This document shows, one piece after another, positions 1 to 9,248 of a stretch of DNA of 64,000 nucleotides (its first letter is position 1; each line of letters opens with the position of its first letter). This DNA is from Flammeovirgaceae bacterium (GTDB lineage Bacteria; Bacteroidota; Bacteroidia; Cytophagales; Cyclobacteriaceae): positions 15,855-79,854 of the forward strand of contig JAJTGQ010000019.1 in assembly GCA_021299455.1 (NCBI GenBank), given 5' to 3'. The notes beneath the pieces were generated by a model. It made no database searches. It was not told where the DNA came from and worked only from the letters and a program-made list of their open reading frames with translations. A program made the position numbers and the translations under genes.

Positions 1-245
1 TCATCGTATTCTCTCCGCTCCTCCGATTCGTAGTGTTCAATTTCTGTGCGCCCGGCCAAATAGCCCCCAAGTCCCATCGCAATAGAGCCAGCCGCAATTT
101 CAGCCAGTCCTGCAGTGATAACAATATCGGTAGAACTAACAGCTCCACTCAACCCGGCAGCTAGTGCAAAGGGTACCGTAAGCCCATCGCTCATGCCAAT
201 GACAAAGTCCCTTACCTTTTCCGAGCTCTCAAAATGTTCTTCCAT
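1..245 (-). CDS. VIT1/CCC1-family iron/manganese transporter, N-terminal part (gene runs off the left edge)
   Basis: Own minus-strand translation from ATG (complement of 243-245): MEEHFESSEKVRDFVIGMSDGLTVPFALAAGLSGAVSSTDIVITAGLAEIAAGSIAMGLGGYLAG. The SDGLxxPFAL and AGxIAMGxGxY segments are typical of the VIT family. Absent from the ORF track because no stop lies in the window. Confidence 0.65.
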   Translation of the reverse strand, partial: MEEHFESSEKVRDFVIGMSDGLTVPFALAAGLSGAVSSTDIVITAGLAEIAAGSIAMGLGGYLAGRTEIEHYESEERREYD

Positions 246-270
246 GCCTTCAAACTTTGGCGAAAGTTAC

Positions 271-305
271 AAAAAAGAAAACCCTTGATTGGCTCAAGGG
301 TTTTC
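271..305 (-). terminator. Rho-independent terminator downstream of the 327-1172 lipoprotein gene
   Basis: Perfect 12-bp inverted repeat GAAAACCCTTGA (277-288) / TCAAGGGTTTTC (294-305) with a 5-nt loop. On the minus strand it is followed by TTTTTT (complement of 271-276). Confidence 0.7.
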
Positions 306-326
306 GTTTTATTTTAAATGTTCCGT

Positions 327-1172
327 TTAGTCGACAGTGATTGTATAGGTTCTACGGAAGGTGGTGATTGTAATGGTTTTATCGCACGTCCCATCACCAT
401 AGTCAACAGTTCTTTTGCGATCTCCGTAGCCACCTACTTTTGTGGTTTCTACTACACCTTGCACTCTGGCAAAATTGCCTAGTTTAGCACATGCAAAGTC
501 TACGATAATGGGGCTTGTTATTTCATGGGTAAATGTGCGCCCGGTAGATGAGACACCCGTCAGCGTTCCGGTGATTTTGAATTTGTTATTAGTTGGGTCG
601 TTGTCGCCTCTGCCAGCAATCCATTCGCGGGTGCGCGATCCATTCATGGTCACTGACTTGCCGTTAGGGAAAGTAATTTTCAGATTGGTCACCCTGCGAG
701 TCGATTGCAGGTTGCCTGCCGGATTGATGGAAATATCCCTAACCTCCACCGTGCCTTCCACGCTTTTATTGTTGACTTTGTAATTCTCAAACGTAATGAT
801 TCGATTAGATAAACTATCACCCAATGTAGTAGAGTAAGCGATCAATATTTTTCCACTGCGAGTACGGCCATATGCGCCTACACATCCCACTCCAAAATCA
901 ATGGTCAGAATTTTGGCTGTCTTGTCGTTGGTAACCACTGCACAGGCGGGAAGAGATTTTTCGGTTCTTCCACTCTTGTTTTCAAATTCTGCCGTGTAAG
1001 AAATTTGTGACGCGTCATCTGCTTCATTATCGCCAACAGATGCGTTTTCCATAATTGATTCTTCATCCGAGAAATCTTCTGATCTGTCTTTGCAACTCAC
1101 CATACTGGCAGCAATGATCGCGGCAGTAAATGCTGCATTTTTCCACGTTAGTGTATTCCAAATAGTTTTCAT
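327..1172 (-). CDS. Hypothetical lipoprotein
   Basis: 281-aa ORF. N-terminus has a hydrophobic stretch ending AASMVSC (lipobox-like Cys), then an acidic linker and a beta-rich body with paired Cys. No recognisable family. Confidence 0.6.
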   Translation of the reverse strand: MKTIWNTLTWKNAAFTAAIIAASMVSCKDRSEDFSDEESIMENASVGDNEADDASQISYTAEFENKSGRTEKSLPACAVVTNDKTAKILTIDFGVGCVGAYGRTRSGKILIAYSTTLGDSLSNRIITFENYKVNNKSVEGTVEVRDISINPAGNLQSTRRVTNLKITFPNGKSVTMNGSRTREWIAGRGDNDPTNNKFKITGTLTGVSSTGRTFTHEITSPIIVDFACAKLGNFARVQGVVETTKVGGYGDRKRTVDYGDGTCDKTITITTFRRTYTITVD

Positions 1173-1238
1173 AGGTCTTTTAAATTTATTTGGCTCTTGG
1201 ATATTAAATTGATCGGGTAGTTTAACCCAGTGATGAAA

Positions 1239-1925
1239 TTATTTTTTGATTGAAGCATTTTCGTAGAAGGAGAACAGTGAGTTCAAAATGAGGGCGGAGT
1301 TGGCAGAATAAGTGATTTCCCTATTATTTTCATTAAAAACAGCTAATAACTCATAAAATCGATCTTCGGAGATGGTACATCGATTCAATATTTCAGCTTT
1401 CACATCAGGGTCATTGACCACATCCAGGTAGATTTTTACTTTTTCATTGTCGGCCATTATTCTAACAAGCTTCCTTTTTTCTTTTTCAAGTTTTGTGAAA
1501 TAGGCAAAATTAACGCCACCACTTGACCCGGCTTTGAGTGGCTTAGTGGTGGTGAGAGTAGGAGACTTTATATATTTTTGATTGATACGAAAACCCAGGT
1601 CTTTAATAATAACTTCTCTGAGCAAAATGCTTTCCTCTCTCATGCGGACAAACATTGTTTCATCATCCAGGTAAACGGGTAAAACAACTTTGGCGTAGCC
1701 CACGGAAGAAAAGACAAGCGTGTCACTTTCTGTGACCATCAGTGTAAAAATCCCGCTCGAGTTGGTTGATGTGCCCCTGTTGGTACTTTTTACTTTCACA
1801 TTTACGCCAGTTAAATTGGTAAGCGAGGTGGAGTCCACGACAATGCCTTTAATTAGCTTTTGCCCTACAGACGCAGTTGCAATGCAGCAAAGAAAAAATA
1901 TAAAGAGATATTTACGCAGCAACAT
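1239..1925 (-). CDS. CarboxypepD_reg-like domain protein (secreted, function unknown)
   Basis: Signal peptide, then GIVVDSTSLTNLTGVNVKVKSTNRGTSTNSSGIFTL..FSSVGY, the pattern of the carboxypeptidase regulatory-like fold common at Bacteroidota protein N-termini. Confidence 0.55.
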   Translation of the reverse strand: MLLRKYLFIFFLCCIATASVGQKLIKGIVVDSTSLTNLTGVNVKVKSTNRGTSTNSSGIFTLMVTESDTLVFSSVGYAKVVLPVYLDDETMFVRMREESILLREVIIKDLGFRINQKYIKSPTLTTTKPLKAGSSGGVNFAYFTKLEKEKRKLVRIMADNEKVKIYLDVVNDPDVKAEILNRCTISEDRFYELLAVFNENNREITYSANSALILNSLFSFYENASIKK

Positions 1926-1985
1926 TCCAAACAGATCAGCAAAAACTAGCTTTAAGATGGGAGTAGAGATAAAAAGGTTTCATCA

Positions 1986-3032
1986 CTAGCCTTTATTCGC
2001 CAACTGCCCACAGGCTGCATCAATGTCTTTTCCACGACTTTTGCGAATCCGGCAGGTTATTCCATTTCTTTCCAGCAAATCCATATACATCGTTAGCACT
2101 TGGTCTGAGGCTTGCTTAAATTCCCCATCTTCAATCGGATTATACTCGATCAAGTTTACTTTAGAAGGTACCAGCTTACAGAATTTCAGTAAAGCCTGAG
2201 CATGCTCTTCTGTGTCGTTGATGCCTTTCCAGACTACATATTCGTAGGTTACTTTGCTTTTTGTTTTTTGGTACCAATATTTTAAGGATTCCCCAAGCTC
2301 GGTCAGCGAATTAGAATCGTTGATTGGCATTATTGAAGAACGGGTTTTGTCAATGGCAGCGTGCAACGATACGGCCAGATTGAACTTCACTCCATCATCA
2401 GCCATTTTCATGATCATCTTTGCAATGCCCACAGTTGATACGGTTATTCTCTTAGTGGCCATGCCCAACCCTTTTTGGTTGGTGATTTTCGAAATGGCTT
2501 CTGTCACATTCGCATAGTTGAGGAGGGGCTCACCCATTCCCATAAAGACAATGTTAGTTAAGGGGCGCCCGTAAAACAGTTCGGCTTGCTCTTTGATCGC
2601 GGCTACTTGATCATAAATTTCATCGGCACTTAAGTTGCGTTGACGCTTAAGTCGCGCAGTGGCGCAAAATTTACATGCGAGGCTACAACCAACTTGTGAT
2701 GAGACACATGCTGTGATTCGCTTCTCAGTAGGGATTAGAACCGACTCTACGATAAGACCATCATGGAGAGTAACTGCATTCTTAATCGTACCATCTTCGC
2801 TGCGCTGCATTTTATCAACTTTAATGTGGTTGATGACAAAGTGCTTCGTTAATAGCTCTCTTGTCTCTAGCGAAATATTCGTCATCTGCTCAAATGTCTT
2901 GGCTGATTTGATCCAAAGCCAGTCATAGACTTGTTGGGCGCGAAAAGCTTTGTCGCCTTGCGAGACAAAGAAGTCTTTCAGTTCTTCAATTTTAAGTTTG
3001 CGGATGTCGCGTGGAGTGACGGTGTCGGTCAT
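1986..3032 (-). CDS. rlmN: 23S rRNA/tRNA adenine-C2 methyltransferase RlmN (radical SAM)
   Basis: 348 aa. FRAQQVYDWLW N-terminal motif, radical-SAM CSLACKFCAT (CxxxCxxC), GMGEPL, and C-terminal DIDAACGQL. Confidence 0.95.
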   Translation of the reverse strand: MTDTVTPRDIRKLKIEELKDFFVSQGDKAFRAQQVYDWLWIKSAKTFEQMTNISLETRELLTKHFVINHIKVDKMQRSEDGTIKNAVTLHDGLIVESVLIPTEKRITACVSSQVGCSLACKFCATARLKRQRNLSADEIYDQVAAIKEQAELFYGRPLTNIVFMGMGEPLLNYANVTEAISKITNQKGLGMATKRITVSTVGIAKMIMKMADDGVKFNLAVSLHAAIDKTRSSIMPINDSNSLTELGESLKYWYQKTKSKVTYEYVVWKGINDTEEHAQALLKFCKLVPSKVNLIEYNPIEDGEFKQASDQVLTMYMDLLERNGITCRIRKSRGKDIDAACGQLANKG

Positions 3033-3340
3033 AAAAATTCTGATCTCAATTTCTCAGGGTCTTGACGAGTATCGAAAAAAGCGACAATAAATATATTTTC
3101 GCCCTCAATGAAATAGACAATTTTAAAAAACCGAATAATTAATCTGCGATACCGATTTTTTCTACTAAAAAGCATTGTTTCTTTCTGACCGATGAAGGGA
3201 AATTTTTTTAGTGTCTCGGCCTTTTCAAAAGCTTCCTGCACAATTTCAGAGATTTTATTTTCTGGTACTCCTTGCAGTTGTAAGAAATCGATGGACTTAT
3301 CCAAACTCAACCAGGCCGTTGGAGCATAAACAAGATTCAT
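3029..3340 (-). CDS. Type II toxin, ParE/RelE family
   Basis: 103 aa. C-terminal YRRLIIRFFKIVYFIEGENIFIVAFFDTRQDP matches the ParE/RelE pattern seen in Bacteroidota toxins. ATGA overlaps on both sides. Confidence 0.7.
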   Translation of the reverse strand: MNLVYAPTAWLSLDKSIDFLQLQGVPENKISEIVQEAFEKAETLKKFPFIGQKETMLFSRKNRYRRLIIRFFKIVYFIEGENIFIVAFFDTRQDPEKLRSEFL

Positions 3341-3579
3341 TTCAAGCCGCTCAACTTGGCAGCAATCTTTACTTTGAATTCTTCGCTTGAATGGACATTA
3401 CCCAGTTTTATAGCTTGCTCGGCCTCATCGGCAATAACATTCAACGTTCTTTTCCAAGCATCAGCATCATCAATTTCATTTAATAAGTTTCTAATTGCTT
3501 CCAATACATTTGGGTCGCTTACCGATTCAATCAGTCTAACCAGTTCTTGCTTTTGCTGTGCAATTGTTTCCATATCCAA
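3337..3579 (-). CDS. Putative cognate antitoxin (family not recognised)
   Basis: 80-aa acidic, helical ORF directly upstream of the toxin, with a 4-nt ATGA overlap. Assignment rests on position only. Confidence 0.5.
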   Translation of the reverse strand: MDMETIAQQKQELVRLIESVSDPNVLEAIRNLLNEIDDADAWKRTLNVIADEAEQAIKLGNVHSSEEFKVKIAAKLSGLK

Positions 3580-3584
3580 ATATA

Positions 3585-4004
3585 CTATTTTACTCTCGAA
3601 AAAAATCTCACCTCACAGTCTTTCATGGCATTATGGATCTTTAATGTAGATTCGGTCAATTCGTCAATCACAAACTGTTGGGTGATGATTCCCGATTTCT
3701 TATCTAGAAATCTCAATTCGTTTCCTTTGACGTTGTAGCGAAAGGAATTCATGCCCGTGCCTTTCTTGTTGCCCTGTGAAAAGATACCCTCTTCGCCAGT
3801 CTCCTTTTTGTCGAAGCGGATTAACTTAGCGACAGCATTTTTTGAGCCGCCCATAGACTGTTCAAGTTCCTTTTCGGCCTCGCTTTTTTCAAACTGTACC
3901 TGAAGACAGGTTTGTTCGTCAACCAGCTGCCAAGTGCCGATAACGCTTTGTGCCTGGAGTTGGAGCGAAATGACTGCCATCAACACGAAAAGTAGCTTTT
4001 TCAT
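3585..4004 (-). CDS. Secreted lipocalin-like small protein
   Basis: 139 aa. Signal peptide MKKLLFVLMAVISLQLQAQ, followed by the GTWQLV motif typical of lipocalin-like domains. Confidence 0.5.
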   Translation of the reverse strand: MKKLLFVLMAVISLQLQAQSVIGTWQLVDEQTCLQVQFEKSEAEKELEQSMGGSKNAVAKLIRFDKKETGEEGIFSQGNKKGTGMNSFRYNVKGNELRFLDKKSGIITQQFVIDELTESTLKIHNAMKDCEVRFFSRVK

Positions 4005-4068
4005 ATAATGATTTTTTGAATTGTAAAATTAACCTAATTTGACCCTATCTATTTATATATTTTTTTCA

Positions 4069-5316
4069 ATGAAGAAGTTGTTGTTTTTTCTTTCCATCGG
4101 TTTTCTGATAAGTTGCAATTCCCCTCTGATTGAAGATGAGTTGTTTCTTCATAACCTGATGAAAAGAAACCCAACGGAATTTGGTTCTATATTGTCAAAT
4201 GATAGCCTGGAGGTACAAATTATCTATACTCAGATCAACAGAGACTCAATAAACAGGCCAAATTTTAAATCATTTTATTATCACGTAGACTCGACAAACT
4301 ATTTCTATCCCGCAAGCACTGTTAAACTGCCACAGGTTTTATTGGCCTTAGAAAAGATCAATGAACTTCGGTCAACAGGTTTTCGGCTGGATAAATACAC
4401 CGCAATGTACCACGATAGCGTCTATCAGGGTCAGCAAACGGTAAAATGGGACACCACTGCTGTTGATAGTATTCCATCCGTTGCCCACTATGCAAAGAAG
4501 ATTATGGTGGTGAGTGATAATGATGCATTTAACCGGCTCTATGAATTTCTGGGGCAAAAGGCTACGAACGAGGTATTGAAACGCAAAGGGTACAACGTCC
4601 GATTTTTACATCGATTAGAAAGGCCACTTACTCCCGATCAAAACAGACATACCGAAGCAATTCGGTTTGTTCGAAATGATAGTGTTATCTATCATCAGTC
4701 AATGGGGATAAATGAAGATTCAATTCAGCCGATGAGGAAAGTCTACAAGGGGGTGGGCTATATTAGGAGAGATTCCTTGATCAGAAGGCCGTTTGATTTT
4801 ACCTATAAGAATTTTTATCCGTTGCAAGAGCAGCAGGAAATTCTAAAGGCAATTCTATTTCCCGAAGCGATAAACCCAAAACGGAGATTCAATCTGACAG
4901 ACGAGGATAGAAAGTTTGTGATGCAGTATATGTCTCAGTTGCCCGGTGAAACCAAGACACCACGCTACTATCGGGACACTGCTCTGTACGATGCTTATTG
5001 TAAATTTTTGATGTACGGGGAAGATAGGACACCAATTGCAAAAAATGTTAGGATTTTTAATAAGGTGGGTGACTCCTACGGTTACCTGATTGACAATGCT
5101 TACATCGTTGATTTTGAAAACGGGGTAGAGTTTATGCTATCGGCTGTCATTAACACCAATACGGATAGGGTTTATAACGATGGAAAGTACGAGTACAAAA
5201 GTATTGGTTATCCATTTATGAAGAATCTGGGGAGAGCGGTTTATACCTATGAATTGCAAAGAAAACGAAAATTCAAACCTGACCTTCAAGGCTTCAAAGT
5301 GCTTTATGATCGATAG
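4069..5316 (+). CDS. Serine hydrolase, class-A beta-lactamase-like lipoprotein
   Basis: Start moved to MKKLLFFLSIGFLISC (lipobox). S-x-x-K motif STVK, SDN motif (VVSDNDAFN), and KVG in the position of KTG. Confidence 0.65.
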   Translation: MKKLLFFLSIGFLISCNSPLIEDELFLHNLMKRNPTEFGSILSNDSLEVQIIYTQINRDSINRPNFKSFYYHVDSTNYFYPASTVKLPQVLLALEKINELRSTGFRLDKYTAMYHDSVYQGQQTVKWDTTAVDSIPSVAHYAKKIMVVSDNDAFNRLYEFLGQKATNEVLKRKGYNVRFLHRLERPLTPDQNRHTEAIRFVRNDSVIYHQSMGINEDSIQPMRKVYKGVGYIRRDSLIRRPFDFTYKNFYPLQEQQEILKAILFPEAINPKRRFNLTDEDRKFVMQYMSQLPGETKTPRYYRDTALYDAYCKFLMYGEDRTPIAKNVRIFNKVGDSYGYLIDNAYIVDFENGVEFMLSAVINTNTDRVYNDGKYEYKSIGYPFMKNLGRAVYTYELQRKRKFKPDLQGFKVLYDR

Positions 5317-5395
5317 CCTTTATTTTCCAGTTCAGGCCAAATAATTTGGACAAAACGGGGCTTTCAACGAATTTTCCACTTCTTAATTTATCACT

Positions 5396-6472
5396 ATGCA
5401 AAAGTCAAATGCAATCATCATTACGGCCGGTCATTTAGATTCCTCCAACGGAAAAACGGCTCATGGTCTTATCCGAGGCACCGAGCGATTCAACATTGTT
5501 GGTGTTATTGACGATAAGCACCCAGGCAAAGATGCGGGAGAGGTGTTGGATGGAAAGAAGCGGAACATTCCCATTTATGCTTCCATAGATGATTTTGCAA
5601 AGAACGGTAAAGAAAAGGCGGTATACGGAATTGTGGGCGTGGCTACCAAGGGTGGTATTATTCCCGATTCGTTGAGGGCTATTTTAAAAGATGCATTGGT
5701 GCATGGATATGGATTGATTAACGGCTTGCACGAATACATTTCAGATATCACTGAACTAGCCGATTTTGCAAAGTCAAGGGGGCTGGAAATTATCGATGTC
5801 CGAAAACCTAAAAAATTCAAAGACCTCCACTTTTGGTCAGGTAAAATAAAATCAGTGCATTGCCCCAAAATTGCCGTACTGGGTACCGACTGTGCGCTAG
5901 GGAAACGAACCACAGCACGATTCCTGGTAGAGGCAATGCGGGAAGCGGGCTATCGTGCCGAAATGATTTATACTGGTCAAACGGGCTGGATGCAGGGTGC
6001 CAAGTATGGATTCGTGTTTGATAGCACCCTGAACGATTTTATTTCCGGTGAGATGGAGCATGCGATAGTAAAATGTTGGGAAGAGGCCAAGCCGGATATC
6101 ATGTTCATTGAAGGACAATCGTCATTGCGCAACCCCAGCGGTCCGGCAGGCGCAGAGTGGATCGTTTCAGCGGATGCCAACGCGGTAGTTCTACAACATA
6201 ATCCGGCAAGGAAAAAATATAAAGGCTTGGAGGATTATCCCGCCAACATCGCTGACTTGCAAGACGAAATTGCCTTGATCAAAATTTATGGTGCACCAAC
6301 GGTGGCCGTTACTATCAACACACACAAAATGAGCGGAAGCGATGCTCGCACATTTGCAGCTGCAAAAGAAAAGGAGCTAGGTATTCCGGTTATTCTTCCG
6401 TTGGAAGATGGCGTGCAGCAATTGGTGGCTATTTTTAAGGATATGATTGATAAGAGCATTGCGCAGGTGTAG
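5396..6472 (+). CDS. DUF1611-family protein (DgcN-like putative N-acetyltransferase)
   Basis: 358 aa. The Walker-A-like GTDCALGKRTT and overall layout are typical of DUF1611. It sits immediately upstream of an enolase-superfamily epimerase, the usual partner. Confidence 0.7.
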   Translation: MQKSNAIIITAGHLDSSNGKTAHGLIRGTERFNIVGVIDDKHPGKDAGEVLDGKKRNIPIYASIDDFAKNGKEKAVYGIVGVATKGGIIPDSLRAILKDALVHGYGLINGLHEYISDITELADFAKSRGLEIIDVRKPKKFKDLHFWSGKIKSVHCPKIAVLGTDCALGKRTTARFLVEAMREAGYRAEMIYTGQTGWMQGAKYGFVFDSTLNDFISGEMEHAIVKCWEEAKPDIMFIEGQSSLRNPSGPAGAEWIVSADANAVVLQHNPARKKYKGLEDYPANIADLQDEIALIKIYGAPTVAVTINTHKMSGSDARTFAAAKEKELGIPVILPLEDGVQQLVAIFKDMIDKSIAQV

Positions 6473-6491
6473 TAAGAGTAAATAAGACTAT

Positions 6492-7559
6492 ATGAAAATA
6501 AAATCCATCAAATCTTGGTCAGCCGATCTTGGCAATACCAAGCCTTACACCATTGCCTTCAAAACCATTGACGAAGTACTCAATGCATTTGTAGAAATAG
6601 AGCTTGAAAATGGTACAACAGGAGTTGGCGCAGCCAATCCGAGCGAATACGTTACGGGAGAAAGTTTCGAACAATGCAAATCAGCTTTGCAGGAAAGAAA
6701 CATCCAGTTTTTGATAGGCCGCGATATCAGAGAGTTGAATCAACTTACTTTTGAGGTCTGGCAAAAATTTCCTGCTAACCCTGCTGCGCGAGCGGCTCTT
6801 GACATTGCGTTGTATGATGCCTTCACGAAATTCTTGGGTGTTCCACTTGTTCAATACTTGGGTCAGAAGATACACTCATTGCCCACTTCGAATACAATTG
6901 GAATTAAGAATGTCGAAGACACGCTAAGGGAAGCACAAGAGTATTATGAGCGAGGATTTAAAATTTTAAAAGTTAAACTAGGTAAGGACCTAAGTGAAGA
7001 TATTGAGCGAATTGTAAAACTGCGCGAAAAATTCGGAAAGAAGTTCGTCATCCGAATAGATGCAAACCAGGGTTATGATGTGGCTAAAACAATTGAATTC
7101 TACAATAAGACCAAACATCTCGATGTGGAGTTGATTGAACAACCTCTTCCTGCAAAAGCGGTTGACGAAATGCGCAAATTGCCGGACGAAATCAGGAAGG
7201 CAATTGCTGCAGATGAATCTTTGCTAACGCCTGCAAGTGCAATGGGACTAGTGAAACCGCCAAGCGCTGCTGGTATCTTTAATATTAAGTTGATGAAATG
7301 TGGAGGCATTAGTCAAGGATTGAAAATTGCCGATATTGGACTCCATGAAAACATAGATCTTTTCTGGGGCTGTAATGATGAAAGTATAGTGAGTATCACA
7401 GCTGCGTTACACTTGGCATTTGCTTGTTCTAATACAAAATACATTGATCTTGATGGAAGCCTTGATCTCGCTCGTGATGTGGTAAAAGGTGGGTTTATTT
7501 TGAAAGATGGAATCATGACCTGTTCGGACAAGCCAGGTCTAGGTGTGGAGAGAGTTTAA
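6492..7559 (+). CDS. Dipeptide epimerase / N-acyl amino acid racemase (enolase superfamily, MLE subgroup)
   Basis: KxK motif ILKVKLG, metal ligands in RIDANQGY, IEQPL and IAADES, and a second catalytic Lys in NIKLMKCGG. Confidence 0.85.
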   Translation: MKIKSIKSWSADLGNTKPYTIAFKTIDEVLNAFVEIELENGTTGVGAANPSEYVTGESFEQCKSALQERNIQFLIGRDIRELNQLTFEVWQKFPANPAARAALDIALYDAFTKFLGVPLVQYLGQKIHSLPTSNTIGIKNVEDTLREAQEYYERGFKILKVKLGKDLSEDIERIVKLREKFGKKFVIRIDANQGYDVAKTIEFYNKTKHLDVELIEQPLPAKAVDEMRKLPDEIRKAIAADESLLTPASAMGLVKPPSAAGIFNIKLMKCGGISQGLKIADIGLHENIDLFWGCNDESIVSITAALHLAFACSNTKYIDLDGSLDLARDVVKGGFILKDGIMTCSDKPGLGVERV

Positions 7560-7573
7560 AATTTCTCTTCCGG

Positions 7574-9244
7574 ATGAAAAATGCAACCTCGATTGTTTTA
7601 GCTCTGCTTACTTTTTTATTGGTGCAGTGCGCCAGTCAGAAAAAAATTAACAGAGGCGATGTGCAATCTGCCGAGAAATTAGTTGGGATAGAATTTTCTA
7701 AGGGAGAGATTGACACTATGCTAACCTATCTATCGGGTAACCGAAAGGGATATGACAGCATGCGGATGGTTAAACTAAAGTTCACTACCTCACCAGCTCT
7801 TTATTTTGATCCAAGACCCGATCAGTTTATACCTAAGACCCGCGCTGGTCAATCCGATTGGAAGTTAGTCAAAGAGGTTTCGCTGCCAGAGACAGATACT
7901 CAAATAGCTTTCCTATCAGTAACAGAACTTAGTGCGTTGATCAAGTCGGGGAAAATCACTTCAACTCGGCTCACACAAATCTATTTAGATCGGCTGAAAA
8001 AATATAAAGACACTCTTTTGGCGGTCGTGACCATCACAGAAGAGTTGGCGTTGAAGCAAGCGGCAAAAGCAGATTCTGAAATCAAGCAGGGCATTGATCG
8101 CGGTGTGTTGCATGGGATTCCTTACGGGATCAAAGATTTGTTTTCTACTCCTGGCTATAAAACCACCTGGGGTGCTGAGCCGTACCAAAATCAAGTAATC
8201 GATGAGACTGCGGCCGTGATTAAAAGATTGGAAGATGCCGGAGCTATACTTGTGGCCAAACTTACTTCGGGTGCACTCGCAAGAGGCGATGTTTGGTTTG
8301 GTGGCAAAACAAAAAATCCATGGGATCTGAAGCAAGGTGCAAGTGGTTCATCTGCAGGATCAGCTTCTGCGACTTCAGCGGGGTTGGTTGCTTTCGCCAT
8401 TGGCACCGAAACGTTGGGGTCTATCATTGCGCCTTCCGCTCGTTGTGGAGTAACCGGTTTGAGACCAACCTTCGGGGCGGTGAGCCGTGCCGGATGCATG
8501 ACGCTCTCCTGGTCAATGGATAAGGCAGGTCCAATTGGTCGCTCGGCACAGGATTGTGCGATCATATTCAACATTATAAAGGGAAGAAATAGTAATGAGA
8601 AGGATCGTTCGGTAGTGGACTACCCATTTTCATTTAATCCCCCGCTTACGCTCAAAGGATACAAGATTGGATATTTTAAAAAGCTGTTCAGTAAAAAAGA
8701 TACTACAAGAGTCAAGGTAAATGATTCGATTAGTTTGGAAAAGTTTAGGGAGCTGGGAGCTTTTTTAGAAGAGGTGAAGATGCCAGATTCCATTCCTTTT
8801 GATGCGTTTGACATCATACTACGTGCAGAAGCTGGTGCTTCGTTTGATGATCTGGTTCGTGAGCATAGAGATCGCTTGTTGTCTGAGCAAACGAAAGAGT
8901 CAAGAGCCAACTCATTACGACAGTCACGGTTTATTTCTGCCGTTGAATATTTGCAGGCAAACCGGCATCGAACAGTTCTTATCGAGAAATTTAATGCCAT
9001 GATCAAAGGGTTCGATTTCATCCTTTCACCTACAAATGGCAAAGATGTTTCATTGGCCACTAACCTCACGGGTCATCCCGCCATTACTATTCCTAACGGA
9101 TTTGATAAAAAGGGGCGGCCCACCTCCATAACCTTGATAGGTAATATATATGATGAAGGACCCCTGCTTGAAGCGGCCTATCTTTTTCAACAAGCGACTG
9201 GCTTCGAAGAGAAACACCCCGCTCGTTTTGCAAAATCAAAATGA
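7574..9244 (+). CDS. Amidase-signature family amidase, lipoprotein
   Basis: Signal/lipobox LLVQC. Catalytic Lys context GIPYGIKDLF. Gly/Ser-rich signature GASGSSAGSASATSAG. Confidence 0.85.
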   Translation: MKNATSIVLALLTFLLVQCASQKKINRGDVQSAEKLVGIEFSKGEIDTMLTYLSGNRKGYDSMRMVKLKFTTSPALYFDPRPDQFIPKTRAGQSDWKLVKEVSLPETDTQIAFLSVTELSALIKSGKITSTRLTQIYLDRLKKYKDTLLAVVTITEELALKQAAKADSEIKQGIDRGVLHGIPYGIKDLFSTPGYKTTWGAEPYQNQVIDETAAVIKRLEDAGAILVAKLTSGALARGDVWFGGKTKNPWDLKQGASGSSAGSASATSAGLVAFAIGTETLGSIIAPSARCGVTGLRPTFGAVSRAGCMTLSWSMDKAGPIGRSAQDCAIIFNIIKGRNSNEKDRSVVDYPFSFNPPLTLKGYKIGYFKKLFSKKDTTRVKVNDSISLEKFRELGAFLEEVKMPDSIPFDAFDIILRAEAGASFDDLVREHRDRLLSEQTKESRANSLRQSRFISAVEYLQANRHRTVLIEKFNAMIKGFDFILSPTNGKDVSLATNLTGHPAITIPNGFDKKGRPTSITLIGNIYDEGPLLEAAYLFQQATGFEEKHPARFAKSK

Positions 9245-9248
9245 AGTC

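Noticed and set aside
442-783. 113-aa plus-strand ORF inside the 327-1172 lipoprotein gene. Comparable nested ORFs occur at 2254-2517, 8191-8574, 10689-11072 and 48096-48404.
   Set aside because: All are embedded antisense or out of frame within longer, better-supported genes. None carries a recognisable motif.
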